Shown here: positions 44,159 to 53,059 of the stretch, in pieces | Layout of the letters: each line of letters begins with the position of its first letter | Position numbering within the stretch: the first letter of the stretch is position 1 | NCBI GenBank assembly: GCA_963702435.1 | Contig: CAVPCR010000003.1 | Coordinates: 256,001 to 320,000 of the forward strand | Reading direction: 5' to 3' | DNA length: 64,000 nt | From: Candidatus Eiseniibacteriota bacterium | GTDB taxonomy: Bacteria > Eisenbacteria > RBG-16-71-46 > CAVPCR01 | The notes under the pieces: generated by a model | What the model was told of the DNA's origin: nothing | The model's input: only the letters and a program-made list of their open reading frames with translations | The model's database searches: none | Made by a program: the position numbers and the translations under genes

Positions 44159-45367
44159 CTAGGCGGCCGCCACGAGGATGGCGATGCCCTGGCCTCCGCC
44201 GATGCAGGCGGACGCGATCCCGAGCCGGCGCCCGCGACGCTTGAGCTCGAGGAGGAGCGTGAGGACGAGGCGGGTGCCGGTCGCGCCGAGCGGATGCCCG
44301 AGCGCGATGGCGCCGCCGTTCACGTTGACCCGTTCGCGGTCGAGGTCGAGCTCCCGCTCGACGGCGAGATACTGGCCGGAGAAGGCCTCGTTGATCTCGA
44401 AGAGGTCGATGTCGGCGAGCGTGAGCCCCTGCTTCTCGAGGAGCTTCCGGATCGCCGGCGCCGGCCCGATGCCCATCTCCGACGGCTCGACCCCGACGAT
44501 GGCCCAGTCGCGCACGGTACCCAGGTGGGCGCGCCCGCCGGGCGCGGCATCCGCCGCCTGGAGGACGACGGCGGACCCGCCGTCGACGATCCCCGAGGCG
44601 TTCCCGGCCGTGACGAAGCCGTCCTTCGAGAAGACGACCGGGAGCTTCGCGAGCTGCTCGACCGTCGACTCCGGACGGAGGTGATCGTCGCGCTCGACCA
44701 CGATGTCCTTCCCGCCCTGCTTCACGGTGACCGGCGTGATCTCCTCCTTGAACAGGCCGGCGGCCTGCGCCCGCCCCGCCTCGCGCTGGCTCCGGACCGC
44801 GAAGGCATCCTGCTCCTCGCGGCTCAGGCCGTAGCGATGGGCGAGCTTCTCCGCGGTCTGCGCCATCACGAGCCCGCAGTAGGGATCGAGGAGGGCCGCC
44901 ATGAGCAGGTCTTCGAGCTTCCCCTGTCCGAGGCGGAAGCCCGAGCGCGCGCCGCGGATGATGTGCGGGCACTGGCTCATGTTCTCCATCCCGCCCGCGA
45001 GGACCGTCGTCGCCTCGCCGAGCTGGATGAGCTGGCTGCCGGTGATGATCGACTGGATACCCGAGCCGCAGAGGCGGTTCACGGTGAGGGCGGGAACCTC
45101 GAGCGGCACGCCGGCCTTGAGCCCGACGTGACGCGCGCCATAGATCATCTCGGGCGCCGACTGGATCGCGTTCCCGAAGATCACGTGGTCGATCGCCCGC
45201 GGCTCGACGTCCGCCCGCGCGAGGGCGGCGCGCGCGGCATGGGCGCCGAGCTCGATCGCGGAAAGGCTCCGGAAGGCGCCGCCCGGCCGGCCGTCGCCGG
45301 TCATCCCCGTTTCGTACTCCGCCATCGCCGTACGAGCGCCGGCGAGTATCCGAACCTCACGTGCCAT
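44159..45367 (-). CDS. Acetyl-CoA C-acyltransferase (thiolase)
   Basis: NRLCGSG, NEAF, GHPLGATG, ACIGGGQG. Confidence 0.95.
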   Translation of the reverse strand: MAREVRILAGARTAMAEYETGMTGDGRPGGAFRSLSAIELGAHAARAALARADVEPRAIDHVIFGNAIQSAPEMIYGARHVGLKAGVPLEVPALTVNRLCGSGIQSIITGSQLIQLGEATTVLAGGMENMSQCPHIIRGARSGFRLGQGKLEDLLMAALLDPYCGLVMAQTAEKLAHRYGLSREEQDAFAVRSQREAGRAQAAGLFKEEITPVTVKQGGKDIVVERDDHLRPESTVEQLAKLPVVFSKDGFVTAGNASGIVDGGSAVVLQAADAAPGGRAHLGTVRDWAIVGVEPSEMGIGPAPAIRKLLEKQGLTLADIDLFEINEAFSGQYLAVERELDLDRERVNVNGGAIALGHPLGATGTRLVLTLLLELKRRGRRLGIASACIGGGQGIAILVAAA

Positions 45368-45475
45368 CGCATCTCCCTCGCCAGCCGCGCCCGCGCGGAT
45401 GCCCGGGGGGGGTGGTCCAACGAAGCAGGAGTCCCGATCGGCCGGCCGGGACCGGGTCACACCCGGGGGCGGATT

Positions 45476-45493
45476 CTATCCTGGTTAGGATAG
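45476..45493. promoter_or_regulatory. Perfect inverted repeat (operator-like) upstream of thiolase
   Basis: CTATCCT-GGTT-AGGATAG overlapping a minus-strand TAGAAT. Confidence 0.45.
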
Positions 45494-45543
45494 GGAAAGC
45501 GACCGCCCGGGCTCAGGTTCCCCGGGCCCCGACCTGCCCCCGA

Positions 45544-46338
45544 TCAGCTTCCGGTGAAGGCGGCCTTGCGCTTCTCGCGGAAGGCCCCCATCCCCTCGTG
45601 CAGGTCACGGCTCGCGAAGAGGCGCCCGAAGGCCTGCGCCTCGAGTTCGAGGCCGACCCCGAGCGGTGCGTCGAGCCCGGTGCGGATGACCTCGAGGGCG
45701 GCGGCCACCGCGAGGGGGCCCCGGCCGAGGATGGTCGTAAGGAGCGCCCTCGCGGCGGGGAGGAGCTCGGCGGCGAGGACGACCTTGTTCACGAGCCCGA
45801 TCCGCTCCGCCTCGGCGGCCCCGATCGGATCCCCGGTCAGGATCATCTCCATCGCCTTCCCGCGCCCTACGAGACGGGCGAGCCGTTGCGTCCCCCCGTA
45901 CCCCGGAATGACTCCGAGGAGCACCTCGGGCTGTCCGAGCTTGGCCGTGTCGGCCGCGATACGGAGGGTCGCCGCGAGCGCGAGCTCGAGCCCGCCACCG
46001 AGCGCGTAGCCGTTCACCGCGGCGATGCTCGGCTTCGGCATGGTCTCGAGCCGGGCGAAGACGCCCTGCCCGAAGCACGAGGCCCGGTACCCACCGGTCG
46101 CATCGAGCCGATCCAGCTCCTGGATGTCCGCCCCGGCGACGAAGGCCTTCGCGCCGCCGCCGGTCACGATGACCCCGCCCACGGCCGGATCGGATGCCAG
46201 CGCGGCGAAGCTCCGGTCGAGCTCCTCGAGCACGGCGTGAGTCAGCGCATTGAGCGCCTGCGGCCGGTCGATGGTGACCGTCGCGATGCGGTCCGCGATC
46301 TCGACTCGCACCGCGGAACCGGAAGGATCCATGCTCAT
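45544..46338 (-). CDS. Enoyl-CoA hydratase / crotonase
   Basis: AFVAGADI, ALGGGLEL, GQPEV.LG.IPGYGGTQRL. Confidence 0.93.
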   Translation of the reverse strand: MSMDPSGSAVRVEIADRIATVTIDRPQALNALTHAVLEELDRSFAALASDPAVGGVIVTGGGAKAFVAGADIQELDRLDATGGYRASCFGQGVFARLETMPKPSIAAVNGYALGGGLELALAATLRIAADTAKLGQPEVLLGVIPGYGGTQRLARLVGRGKAMEMILTGDPIGAAEAERIGLVNKVVLAAELLPAARALLTTILGRGPLAVAAALEVIRTGLDAPLGVGLELEAQAFGRLFASRDLHEGMGAFREKRKAAFTGS

Positions 46339-46410
46339 CGTCGTCTCCTCCTGGGCCGTCGTCCCCTCCCGGACCTGCGCGCCGGCAAACAGCGCGCAGG
46401 GCTCGCCCGC

Positions 46411-47950
46411 CTACTTGCCGTAGCGATCCTCGTAGCCCTTGCGCAGGGCCTCGGCCTCCTCGGGCGTCAGGCCCTTCTGCCAGAGGTGCTCCGGCCTGTT
46501 CAGGAACTCGCCCACCTTCCGTTCGTACTTGGCCTTCATCTCGGGACTCTTCTCCCCCGCCGCCTCGACCACTGCCGGCAAGAACTCGGTATAGAAGTGC
46601 TTCGACACCTCGTACATGCCGTGCCAGTGCGTGTAGTCGGGGCCCATCATGCTCGCCCCGTGGCGGGCGCGCCGACCCTCGTGGTGCCAGAGCTCCCAGA
46701 AGACCCACTGCACCTCGTGCTCGAAAGGCGCCTTCGGGTTGAGAACCCCGTCCTTGGTGAGCTCGTTCATGAACTCCTGCGCGGGCTTCGCGAACTTCTC
46801 GTTGTAGAGCGTGACGAGATCGTCGTACTGCTTGTAGAAGTTGTCAACGTAGGTCGTACTGTGGCAGTTCAGGCAAGCGCCCTGCATCGTCTTCCGGCGC
46901 TCCTCCCAAGTCACGATCTTCGCCACCTTCCGCGGCACGGTCTTCGTCACGAGCTGGTCGTTCTCGACGACCTTCTCCGCCGTCTCGACCGTGGCCCCGA
47001 CCGCCGGCAGGGTCTTCGTATCGGGGTAGTCCTCCTTGAAGCCGTCCTCGTACCAGACCAGGTTGAGCTTCGTCGAGATCACGGGGCGGAGGGTCCAGCT
47101 GATCCGCTCGCCGACATCGTGCGTCCGCCCCTTCACTACCCCCTCCGGGGTCGAGTAGCTCGAGATGTGGCAGGTGGCGCAGGTCGGGGCGGCCGAGTAG
47201 TCCTTCCCGAGCACCCAGTCGCCCGCCTTGTCGAGGGCCATGTGCTCGCGATTGGCGTAGAAGGCGATGCCGTGCTTCGACTCGTTGTAGATCTCGATCT
47301 GCGGGTGATCGGGCCCCATGTGGCACTTGCCGCAGTTCTCGGGCGAGCGCGAGAGCTTGGCTTCGAAGGCGTGGCGCGAGTGGCAGGCATGACAGGAGCC
47401 CTTCGACCCGTCCGGATTCAGGCGGCCCATCCCGCGAGTTCGGCCAGGTGTTGGGATCGATGACGGGCTTCCCCTCGCTCCCCGTGCGGAGGACCTTTCC
47501 CGCTGCGTCCCGCTGGTACTTGATGATCGTCCCGTGGCACTGCCAGCAGCCGTTGACGGCGTCGGCGATGTTGCCGGGCATGCCCGCGACCTTCTCGGCC
47601 AGGATGTTGTCGAGGCTCGCGAGGATCTCGCCGGCCTTGGCGTGATGGCTGCTCGTGAACTCGTTGACCTCCTGCTCGTGGCACTGCGCGCAGTCCTTGG
47701 GGGTCACGAGCGGCGAGACCCAGGCGCCGGCGTGCCGCCAGGCGTCGATATCGCCCTCGGTGGCGGTGTGGCAGTCGGCGCAGCTCACCCCGGACTTGGC
47801 GTGGCGCGAGCGCTCCCACTCCATGACGAGCGCCGGCGACTGCTGGCGATGGCAATCGACGCAGGCCTCGTCGGCGGCCGCGACCGCGGCGGCGAGGAGC
47901 GGCAACGCCAGAAGAACGACACACACGGAGAAACGGCGACTGGCAGTCAT
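46411..47950 (-). CDS. Octaheme cytochrome c, hydroxylamine oxidoreductase (HAO)-like family (1-bp frameshift near 47434)
   Basis: Signal peptide; 8 CxxCH motifs (CVDCH, CADCH, CAQCH, CWQCH, CHACH, CGKCH, CATCH, CLNCH); GPDHPQ.EIY.ESKHG; WHHEGRR.R.GA.MMGPDY.HWHG. Confidence 0.88.
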
Positions 47951-48005
47951 CTCCACCTCCCTCGACGTGGGCCAGGCGAGCGCCCTTTCGCACCCGCGGG
48001 CGCGC

Positions 48006-48034
48006 AGTGTGCGTCGACGCCGCGAGCCTGTCAA
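48006..48034 (-). promoter_or_regulatory. Putative sigma70 promoter of hao-like gene
   Basis: TTGACA-N17-CACACT. Confidence 0.5.
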
Positions 48035-48099
48035 TCACGCCATCGGCGCGTCATGGTCGTTGATCTGGAGGGTGGGTCGTCGCCCGGCTCGTCTCGCCT

Positions 48100-48260
48100 G
48101 GCCGCCGCTCCCGCTCGCGGCAAACGCTGTCGGGTCTTGTGAACTCCCCGATCCGGCCGCCGCTCCCGCTCGCGGCCAACGCTGTCGGGTCTTGTGAGCT
48201 CCCCGATCCGGCCGCCGCTTCCGCTCGCGGCCAACGCTGTCGGGTCTTGTGAGCTCCCCG
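48100..48260. repeat. 55-bp tandem repeat, about 2.9 copies
   Basis: Units start at 48100, 48155 and 48210 and differ at only a few positions; no spacers. Confidence 0.92.
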
Positions 48261-48577
48261 CCCTCGCCACTCGCCCGACGCCGGACACCGCCGCATCGCT
48301 CCCTCCGCGCCCGGAGCGTCCGCCCCCGAGCAGGCCGCACACCACCGGCCGCAGTGACTCGACGCGGCCCAGACAGATGTATTGCACGAAACATGCCGCG
48401 GCCGCGAGTGAGACGGTCCAGGAGGTCAACCTCTGGGGCCAGGAGCCGTTCCTCGCCACCGCCAGCCGGCGTGCGCACGTTGTTGTCACTTCCGGCAACG
48501 TCCTCACCGGGAGGCACACGAAGCGAAGCCGCGGAGCCGCAGATCGGAGATTCGAACCGCGGGGCTTCGACGGTGGG

Positions 48578-48799
48578 CTATACCTGCTCGGACCCGGATC
48601 CCGCCGCCGCATCGGGTGATGGCGCTTCCAGCGGCGGCTGTCCTCGCAGATGGCGCACCACGCGCTGGGCCTCCTCGAGCCACGCGAGCTTCTCCCAGAG
48701 CGGGAGGCGGGCCATGCGACGCCGCTGCGCCCGCTCGTGGCCCTCCCACCCATGCTCCCAGATCTGCTCGGGCGGCGTGTCCGGTTTCTCCTCACTCAT
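48578..48799 (-). CDS. Small helical protein, putative partner of the adjacent nucleotidyltransferase
   Basis: 73 aa, overlaps the upstream stop; W..HE..Q.RRMA.LPL.EKL.WLEEA. Confidence 0.65.
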   Translation of the reverse strand: MSEEKPDTPPEQIWEHGWEGHERAQRRRMARLPLWEKLAWLEEAQRVVRHLRGQPPLEAPSPDAAAGSGSEQV

Positions 48800-49307
48800 G
48801 GTCCTTCTCCGCCTCCGCGTGCAGTTCGAGGAGTCGCTTCACATCGTCGAGATCGATCGGACGCCCGGCCGCGCGCTTCATGGCCACAAGATCATCGAGC
48901 CCCACGAATGTCCCGGCGACTCCGGGCGCCACCTGGAACGGGGCGGCCGCCGCGTACGCCCGCGCGAAGTCGAACGGCGGATCGAGGAAGAGTTCGATCT
49001 CGGTGGCCGGATGGGCCGAGCTCGCGAGAGAGAAGACGGTGAGCCCCTTGGTGCGAACCCAGTCGGCTCGCTTGGCTCCATCCGCGAAATCCGCGAGCGG
49101 CACGGGGGCCCGCGGCGAACAACCGAGAGTGGCCAGTGCCGCCAGCGCGCGCTCCAGGTTGGACGCCTCGGGATCCAGCACGAGATCGAGGTCCGCGGTG
49201 AGTCGCACATGTCCGTGAGCCACGACCGCGAGCCCACCCACGATCAGATAGCGCACACTGCTGTCGTTGAGTCGGCGAATGATCGTCTCGATGCTCCCGC
49301 GCGTCAT
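48792..49307 (-). CDS. Pol-beta superfamily nucleotidyltransferase (DUF6036-like)
   Basis: YLIVGGLAV..HG..R.T.DLDL, LDDLVAMKRAAGRP.D..D. Confidence 0.8.
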   Translation of the reverse strand: MTRGSIETIIRRLNDSSVRYLIVGGLAVVAHGHVRLTADLDLVLDPEASNLERALAALATLGCSPRAPVPLADFADGAKRADWVRTKGLTVFSLASSAHPATEIELFLDPPFDFARAYAAAAPFQVAPGVAGTFVGLDDLVAMKRAAGRPIDLDDVKRLLELHAEAEKDHE

Positions 49308-49310
49308 GGC

Positions 49311-50027
49311 TCAATCTCCACTCGTCGCGCCACCGCTCGCGGCGAGGAGGGCCGCCGCGAACCGCGGCCCTTCCTGCTCGTGCTTGAAGAAGGCATACAC
49401 GTCGGCGCCGCCCCGGACCACGGCGCGGAGCTGCTCGCTCCACCTCGCGATGTCCTCCGGCGTGTAGTCCTCGCGGCGGAGACGCACGTAGAGATAAGGC
49501 GCAGTCAGCTCGATCTCGGGCGCCCCCTCCTCGGTCTCGTTGATGCAGAGGCTGACGCCGCGGGCGCGGAGGAGCCCCTCGACCTCGGCGTCGAACCAGC
49601 TCGGGTGGCGGAACTCGAACGCGTAGCGATGCGGGGCGGGAAGCTCCTCGAGAAAACGACCCAGCAGCGCGGCGTCCTTCCGCATGTAGGGCGGGAGCTG
49701 GAAGAGCACCGGGCCGAGCTTCGGCCCGAGCGTCTCCGCGGTGGTCATGAAGTAGCGGACGTTCTCCCCGGAGTCCTTGAGCTTCTGGATGTGCGTGATG
49801 CGCTGCGAGGCCTTGAGCACGAAGACGAAGTCCGGCGGCGTCGCCGCCGCCCAGTTGGCGAGCGTCGTCGCCGCCGGCATGTGGCGGAAGGTGTAGTTGA
49901 TCTCGACGACGGGGAGGCGCGCCGCGTAGTACGGGAGCATCTGCTTGTCCGGGAGATCGGCCGGATAGAAGCTCCCCTTCCATTCCTTGAAGCTGTAGCC
50001 GGACGTGCCGACCCGCAGGACCGCCAT
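49311..50027 (-). CDS. DUF72 (YecE-like) protein
   Basis: VGTSGYSF.EW.G.FYP, VEINYTF, KASQRITH, LFQLPP, AFEFRHPSW, YVRLR. Confidence 0.92.
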   Translation of the reverse strand: MAVLRVGTSGYSFKEWKGSFYPADLPDKQMLPYYAARLPVVEINYTFRHMPAATTLANWAAATPPDFVFVLKASQRITHIQKLKDSGENVRYFMTTAETLGPKLGPVLFQLPPYMRKDAALLGRFLEELPAPHRYAFEFRHPSWFDAEVEGLLRARGVSLCINETEEGAPEIELTAPYLYVRLRREDYTPEDIARWSEQLRAVVRGGADVYAFFKHEQEGPRFAAALLAASGGATSGD

Positions 50028-50165
50028 GCTCGGTTCCCCTTTCCGCTGTGAGCGCCGGGCCATCATACCGTGGCCGGAACGGATCGGGCCAGGCGACGTG
50101 GTATCGTCGCGGATCGGACCGCGTCGCGGCAAGAGACTCGCCGCGGCCGGGCGGGGGATACGCCG

Positions 50166-51461
50166 ATGACCATTCCACTCACGACGCCGATCGTGCTCGG
50201 CGGGGGGGCTTTCGACCCCGCGGCCTTCCCCTACCGGTTCTCGACCCTCCCGCCCGTGCCGCCGCCGCGCGTGGACCTCGGGACCCGCCTCCCCGGGCTT
50301 CTTCGCCAACCGACCGCCGGCCCGCCGCTTTCCGCCCGGGCGCCCGCGGTCGTCGTCGTTCCCGACGCCACGCGCGCCACCTTCGTCCGGCCGATGGTCG
50401 AGGCCGTCGTTCGCCATCTCATCGGTGGCGGCCTTCCCCCTTCCGACGTGCACCTCCTCCTCGCGGGCGGACTTCATCGCCCGCCCACCAGCAGCGAGCT
50501 CGCCAGGCTCCTCGGCCCGGAAATCCACGGGCGCTTCCCGCTGCATCTTCACGACGCCGACGATCCGTCGCTCGTGCATGTCGGGACGACGCGCCGCGGC
50601 ACGCCGGTCCACCTGCCCCGTCTCGTCATGGAGGCGCGCACGCTTGTCGTCGTGGGCGGCATCACGCCGCACTACTTCGCGGGGTGGACGGGTGGCATGA
50701 AGGGCCTGGTGCCGGGAGCCGCCGGGCGGCCGACGATCACGGCGAACCATCGCCGCGCCGTCGCGCCGGCCGAGCCCACAGGCCTGCATCCCGCCTGTCG
50801 CGAGGGATCGACGCGCGGCAATCCCGTCCACGCGGACTACGTCGAGGCCGCCTCGTTCGCGCCGACGCCCTTTCTGCTGAACGTGGTCCTTGGGCGGGAC
50901 GGCGAGCCGCGCGCGCTCGTCGCCGGCCGCCCGCGTGAGGCGTATCGCGCCGGCATGCGCGCGGCGCGGCGGGCCGTCGGTGTGCGCATCGCCCCGGTGC
51001 CGCTCGCGATCGTCGCGTCCGGCGACCCGGGCCGCGAGCGGGACTGGATCCAGGCGCACAAGATCGCCCGCCAGGGCGCAGCCTGCGTCGCCGACGGCGG
51101 CGTGCTCATCGCGCTCGCCGCGTGCACGGACGGCGTCGGCTCGCCCACCCTTCTCGACTGGTTCAACGTGGATCCGGCCCGCCTCGCCGGCGAGGTGGCC
51201 GAACGCTACACGCTCCATGGACACACAGCTCTCGCCATGCGCGCGCTGATGCGCCGCATCCGGGTGCTCCTCGTCACCTCGCTCGCGCCCGAGATCGTGG
51301 TGAAGATGGGGATGACGCCGCTCCCCTCGCTCGATGCGGCGCTCGCGGCCGCCGCCGCGGTCGCGCCGGCGGGCTCCGCGGCCCTCGCGATCCCGCGCGC
51401 CGGCACGCTCCTCCCCTTGCCTCCGGCGGCGACCCGTTCCCGGGCCGCGCGCCCACGTTGA
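50166..51461 (+). CDS. LarA-family (DUF2088) nickel-pincer racemase/epimerase
   Basis: PDATR, AGGLHR, HD, GTT.RGTPV, PHYFAGWTGGMK, NH, NPVH. Confidence 0.8.
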   Translation: MTIPLTTPIVLGGGAFDPAAFPYRFSTLPPVPPPRVDLGTRLPGLLRQPTAGPPLSARAPAVVVVPDATRATFVRPMVEAVVRHLIGGGLPPSDVHLLLAGGLHRPPTSSELARLLGPEIHGRFPLHLHDADDPSLVHVGTTRRGTPVHLPRLVMEARTLVVVGGITPHYFAGWTGGMKGLVPGAAGRPTITANHRRAVAPAEPTGLHPACREGSTRGNPVHADYVEAASFAPTPFLLNVVLGRDGEPRALVAGRPREAYRAGMRAARRAVGVRIAPVPLAIVASGDPGRERDWIQAHKIARQGAACVADGGVLIALAACTDGVGSPTLLDWFNVDPARLAGEVAERYTLHGHTALAMRALMRRIRVLLVTSLAPEIVVKMGMTPLPSLDAALAAAAAVAPAGSAALAIPRAGTLLPLPPAATRSRAARPR

Positions 51462-51486
51462 CGCGGCGGCCCGCGTGCGCCACCCT
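51458..51486 (+). promoter_or_regulatory. Putative sigma70 promoter for elbB-modABC
   Basis: TTGACG-N17-CACCCT. Confidence 0.35.
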
Positions 51487-51539
51487 CTGGGTCAGTTCCG
51501 TCCCCTCGCGGCCCGCTCGCAGCAGGAGGTCAAGTGGCG

Positions 51540-52229
51540 ATGGTGAAGCGCGTAGGTGTGATTCTCTCCGGATGCGGCGTCTACGACGGCGCCGAGATCC
51601 ACGAGGCGGTCCTCTCCATGCTGGCGCTCGACCGCGCCGGCGCCGAGATCGTGTGTCTTGCCCCGAACAAGGACCAGGTCGACGTCATCGATCACGTGAC
51701 CGGGAAGCCGACCGGCGAGAAGCGGAACGTCATGGTCGAGGCGGCGCGCATCGCCCGCGGCAAGATCACGGACGTCGCCGCCGTCACCGCCGGCGATCTC
51801 GATGCGGTCCTCCTCCCCGGCGGCTACGGCGCGGCGAAGAACCTCTCGAGCTTCGCGAGCGCGGGCGCCCAGTGCCAGGTCGAGCCGAGCGTGGCCAAGC
51901 TCCTCCGCGACATGCACGCCCTGGGCAAGCCGATCGCCGCCCTCTGCATCGCACCGGCGATCGTCGCCAAGGTGTTCGGCGACTCGCTCCATCCCGATCT
52001 CACCATCGGCAAGGATCCGGCGACTGCGAAGCAGATCGGCGCGACCGGCTCCCATCATGTCGATGCCGGGGTCGTGGACGTGGTCATCGACCGCAAGAAC
52101 AAGATCGTGACGACACCGTGCTACATGCTCGCCGGCCGCATCAGCGAGGTGGCGACCGGAGCCGAGAAGGCGGTGGCCGCCCTCCTGGAGCTCGCCGGAC
52201 CCAAGGCCCGGACCGCCGGGTTCCGGTGA
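51540..52229 (+). CDS. elbB: ElbB/ES1 family glyoxalase (DJ-1/PfpI superfamily)
   Basis: LSGCGVYDGAEIHEAV, RNVMVEAARIARG, PGGYGAAKNLS, LCIAP, TTPCYM. Confidence 0.92.
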   Translation: MVKRVGVILSGCGVYDGAEIHEAVLSMLALDRAGAEIVCLAPNKDQVDVIDHVTGKPTGEKRNVMVEAARIARGKITDVAAVTAGDLDAVLLPGGYGAAKNLSSFASAGAQCQVEPSVAKLLRDMHALGKPIAALCIAPAIVAKVFGDSLHPDLTIGKDPATAKQIGATGSHHVDAGVVDVVIDRKNKIVTTPCYMLAGRISEVATGAEKAVAALLELAGPKARTAGFR

Positions 52230-53050
52230 TCGATCGCATGGGGCTGGTGCCGCGCGACCTGCGCCCGACTGCGCGGACGCCCGGTGCGGCACCGCGCGCC
52301 CTCGCCTTCGCGCTCGCCGCGGCGCTCGCTGCCGGCTCCGCGGGCTCGTGTGGGAAGGCCGCTCCCCTCCCCCTCCTCGTCTTCGCCGCGGCGAGCACCA
52401 CGGACGCGCTCACCGAGCTCGGCCCCGCGTTCACGGCCGAGAGCGGTATCCCGGTCGCCTTCGCCTTCGGCGGATCGAGCGATCTCGCGCGCCAGCTGAA
52501 GAGCGGCGCCCCCGGCGACGTCTTCCTCTCCGCGGATCAAGCCCAGATGGACGAGCTCGAGCGAATCGGGCTCGTCCAGCCCGGGAGCCGCCGCACGCTG
52601 CTCGCGAACGAGCTCGCGATCGTCGTCGCGACCGACCTCCCGACCCCGATCGCGAAGCCCGCCGATCTCCTCCTCGTCCAGCGCCTCGCCCTCGCCGATC
52701 CTACGGCGGTCCCGGCGGGAATCTACGCGAAGCAGTGGCTGTTCACGCAGGGGCTGTGGGCGGTGCTCTCTCCCCGGATCCTCCCGATGCAGGACGTGCG
52801 GGCCGCGCTCGCCGCCGTCGAATCGGGGGCGGCGGAGGCGGCGATCGTCTATCGCACCGATGCGGCGATCGCACGGAATGCGCGCCTCGCGTTCGTCGTG
52901 CCGCGCGACGCCGGCCCGCCGATCCTCTACCCGGTCGCTCCGCTCACCGGGTCGCGCCAGCCGCGGGCGGCCTCCGACTTCGTCACCTTCCTCGCGAGCG
53001 AGCCGGCGCGCGCCGTCTTCGCCCACCACGGCTTCATCGCCGCGCCCTAG
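52226..53050 (+). CDS. modA: Molybdate ABC transporter substrate-binding protein
   Basis: FAAAS.TDA, FGGSSDLARQ, DVFLSA, VPAGIYA, DVRAAL, VYRTDA. Confidence 0.92.
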   Translation: MIDRMGLVPRDLRPTARTPGAAPRALAFALAAALAAGSAGSCGKAAPLPLLVFAAASTTDALTELGPAFTAESGIPVAFAFGGSSDLARQLKSGAPGDVFLSADQAQMDELERIGLVQPGSRRTLLANELAIVVATDLPTPIAKPADLLLVQRLALADPTAVPAGIYAKQWLFTQGLWAVLSPRILPMQDVRAALAAVESGAAEAAIVYRTDAAIARNARLAFVVPRDAGPPILYPVAPLTGSRQPRAASDFVTFLASEPARAVFAHHGFIAAP

Positions 53051-53059
53051 GAGAGTCGC

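Noticed and set aside
48100..48260. Possible CRISPR array
   Set aside because: Units are contiguous with no unique spacers, and no cas genes are nearby.
48377..48619. Short plus-strand ORF with VNLWGQEPFL resembling the radical SAM GGEP motif
   Set aside because: No CxxxCxxC, too short and no clear RBS; at best a remnant.
51122..53050. 642-aa ORF suggesting an extended ModA
   Set aside because: The N-terminal part overlaps the LarA-like gene and elbB in another frame; ModA starts at about 52226.
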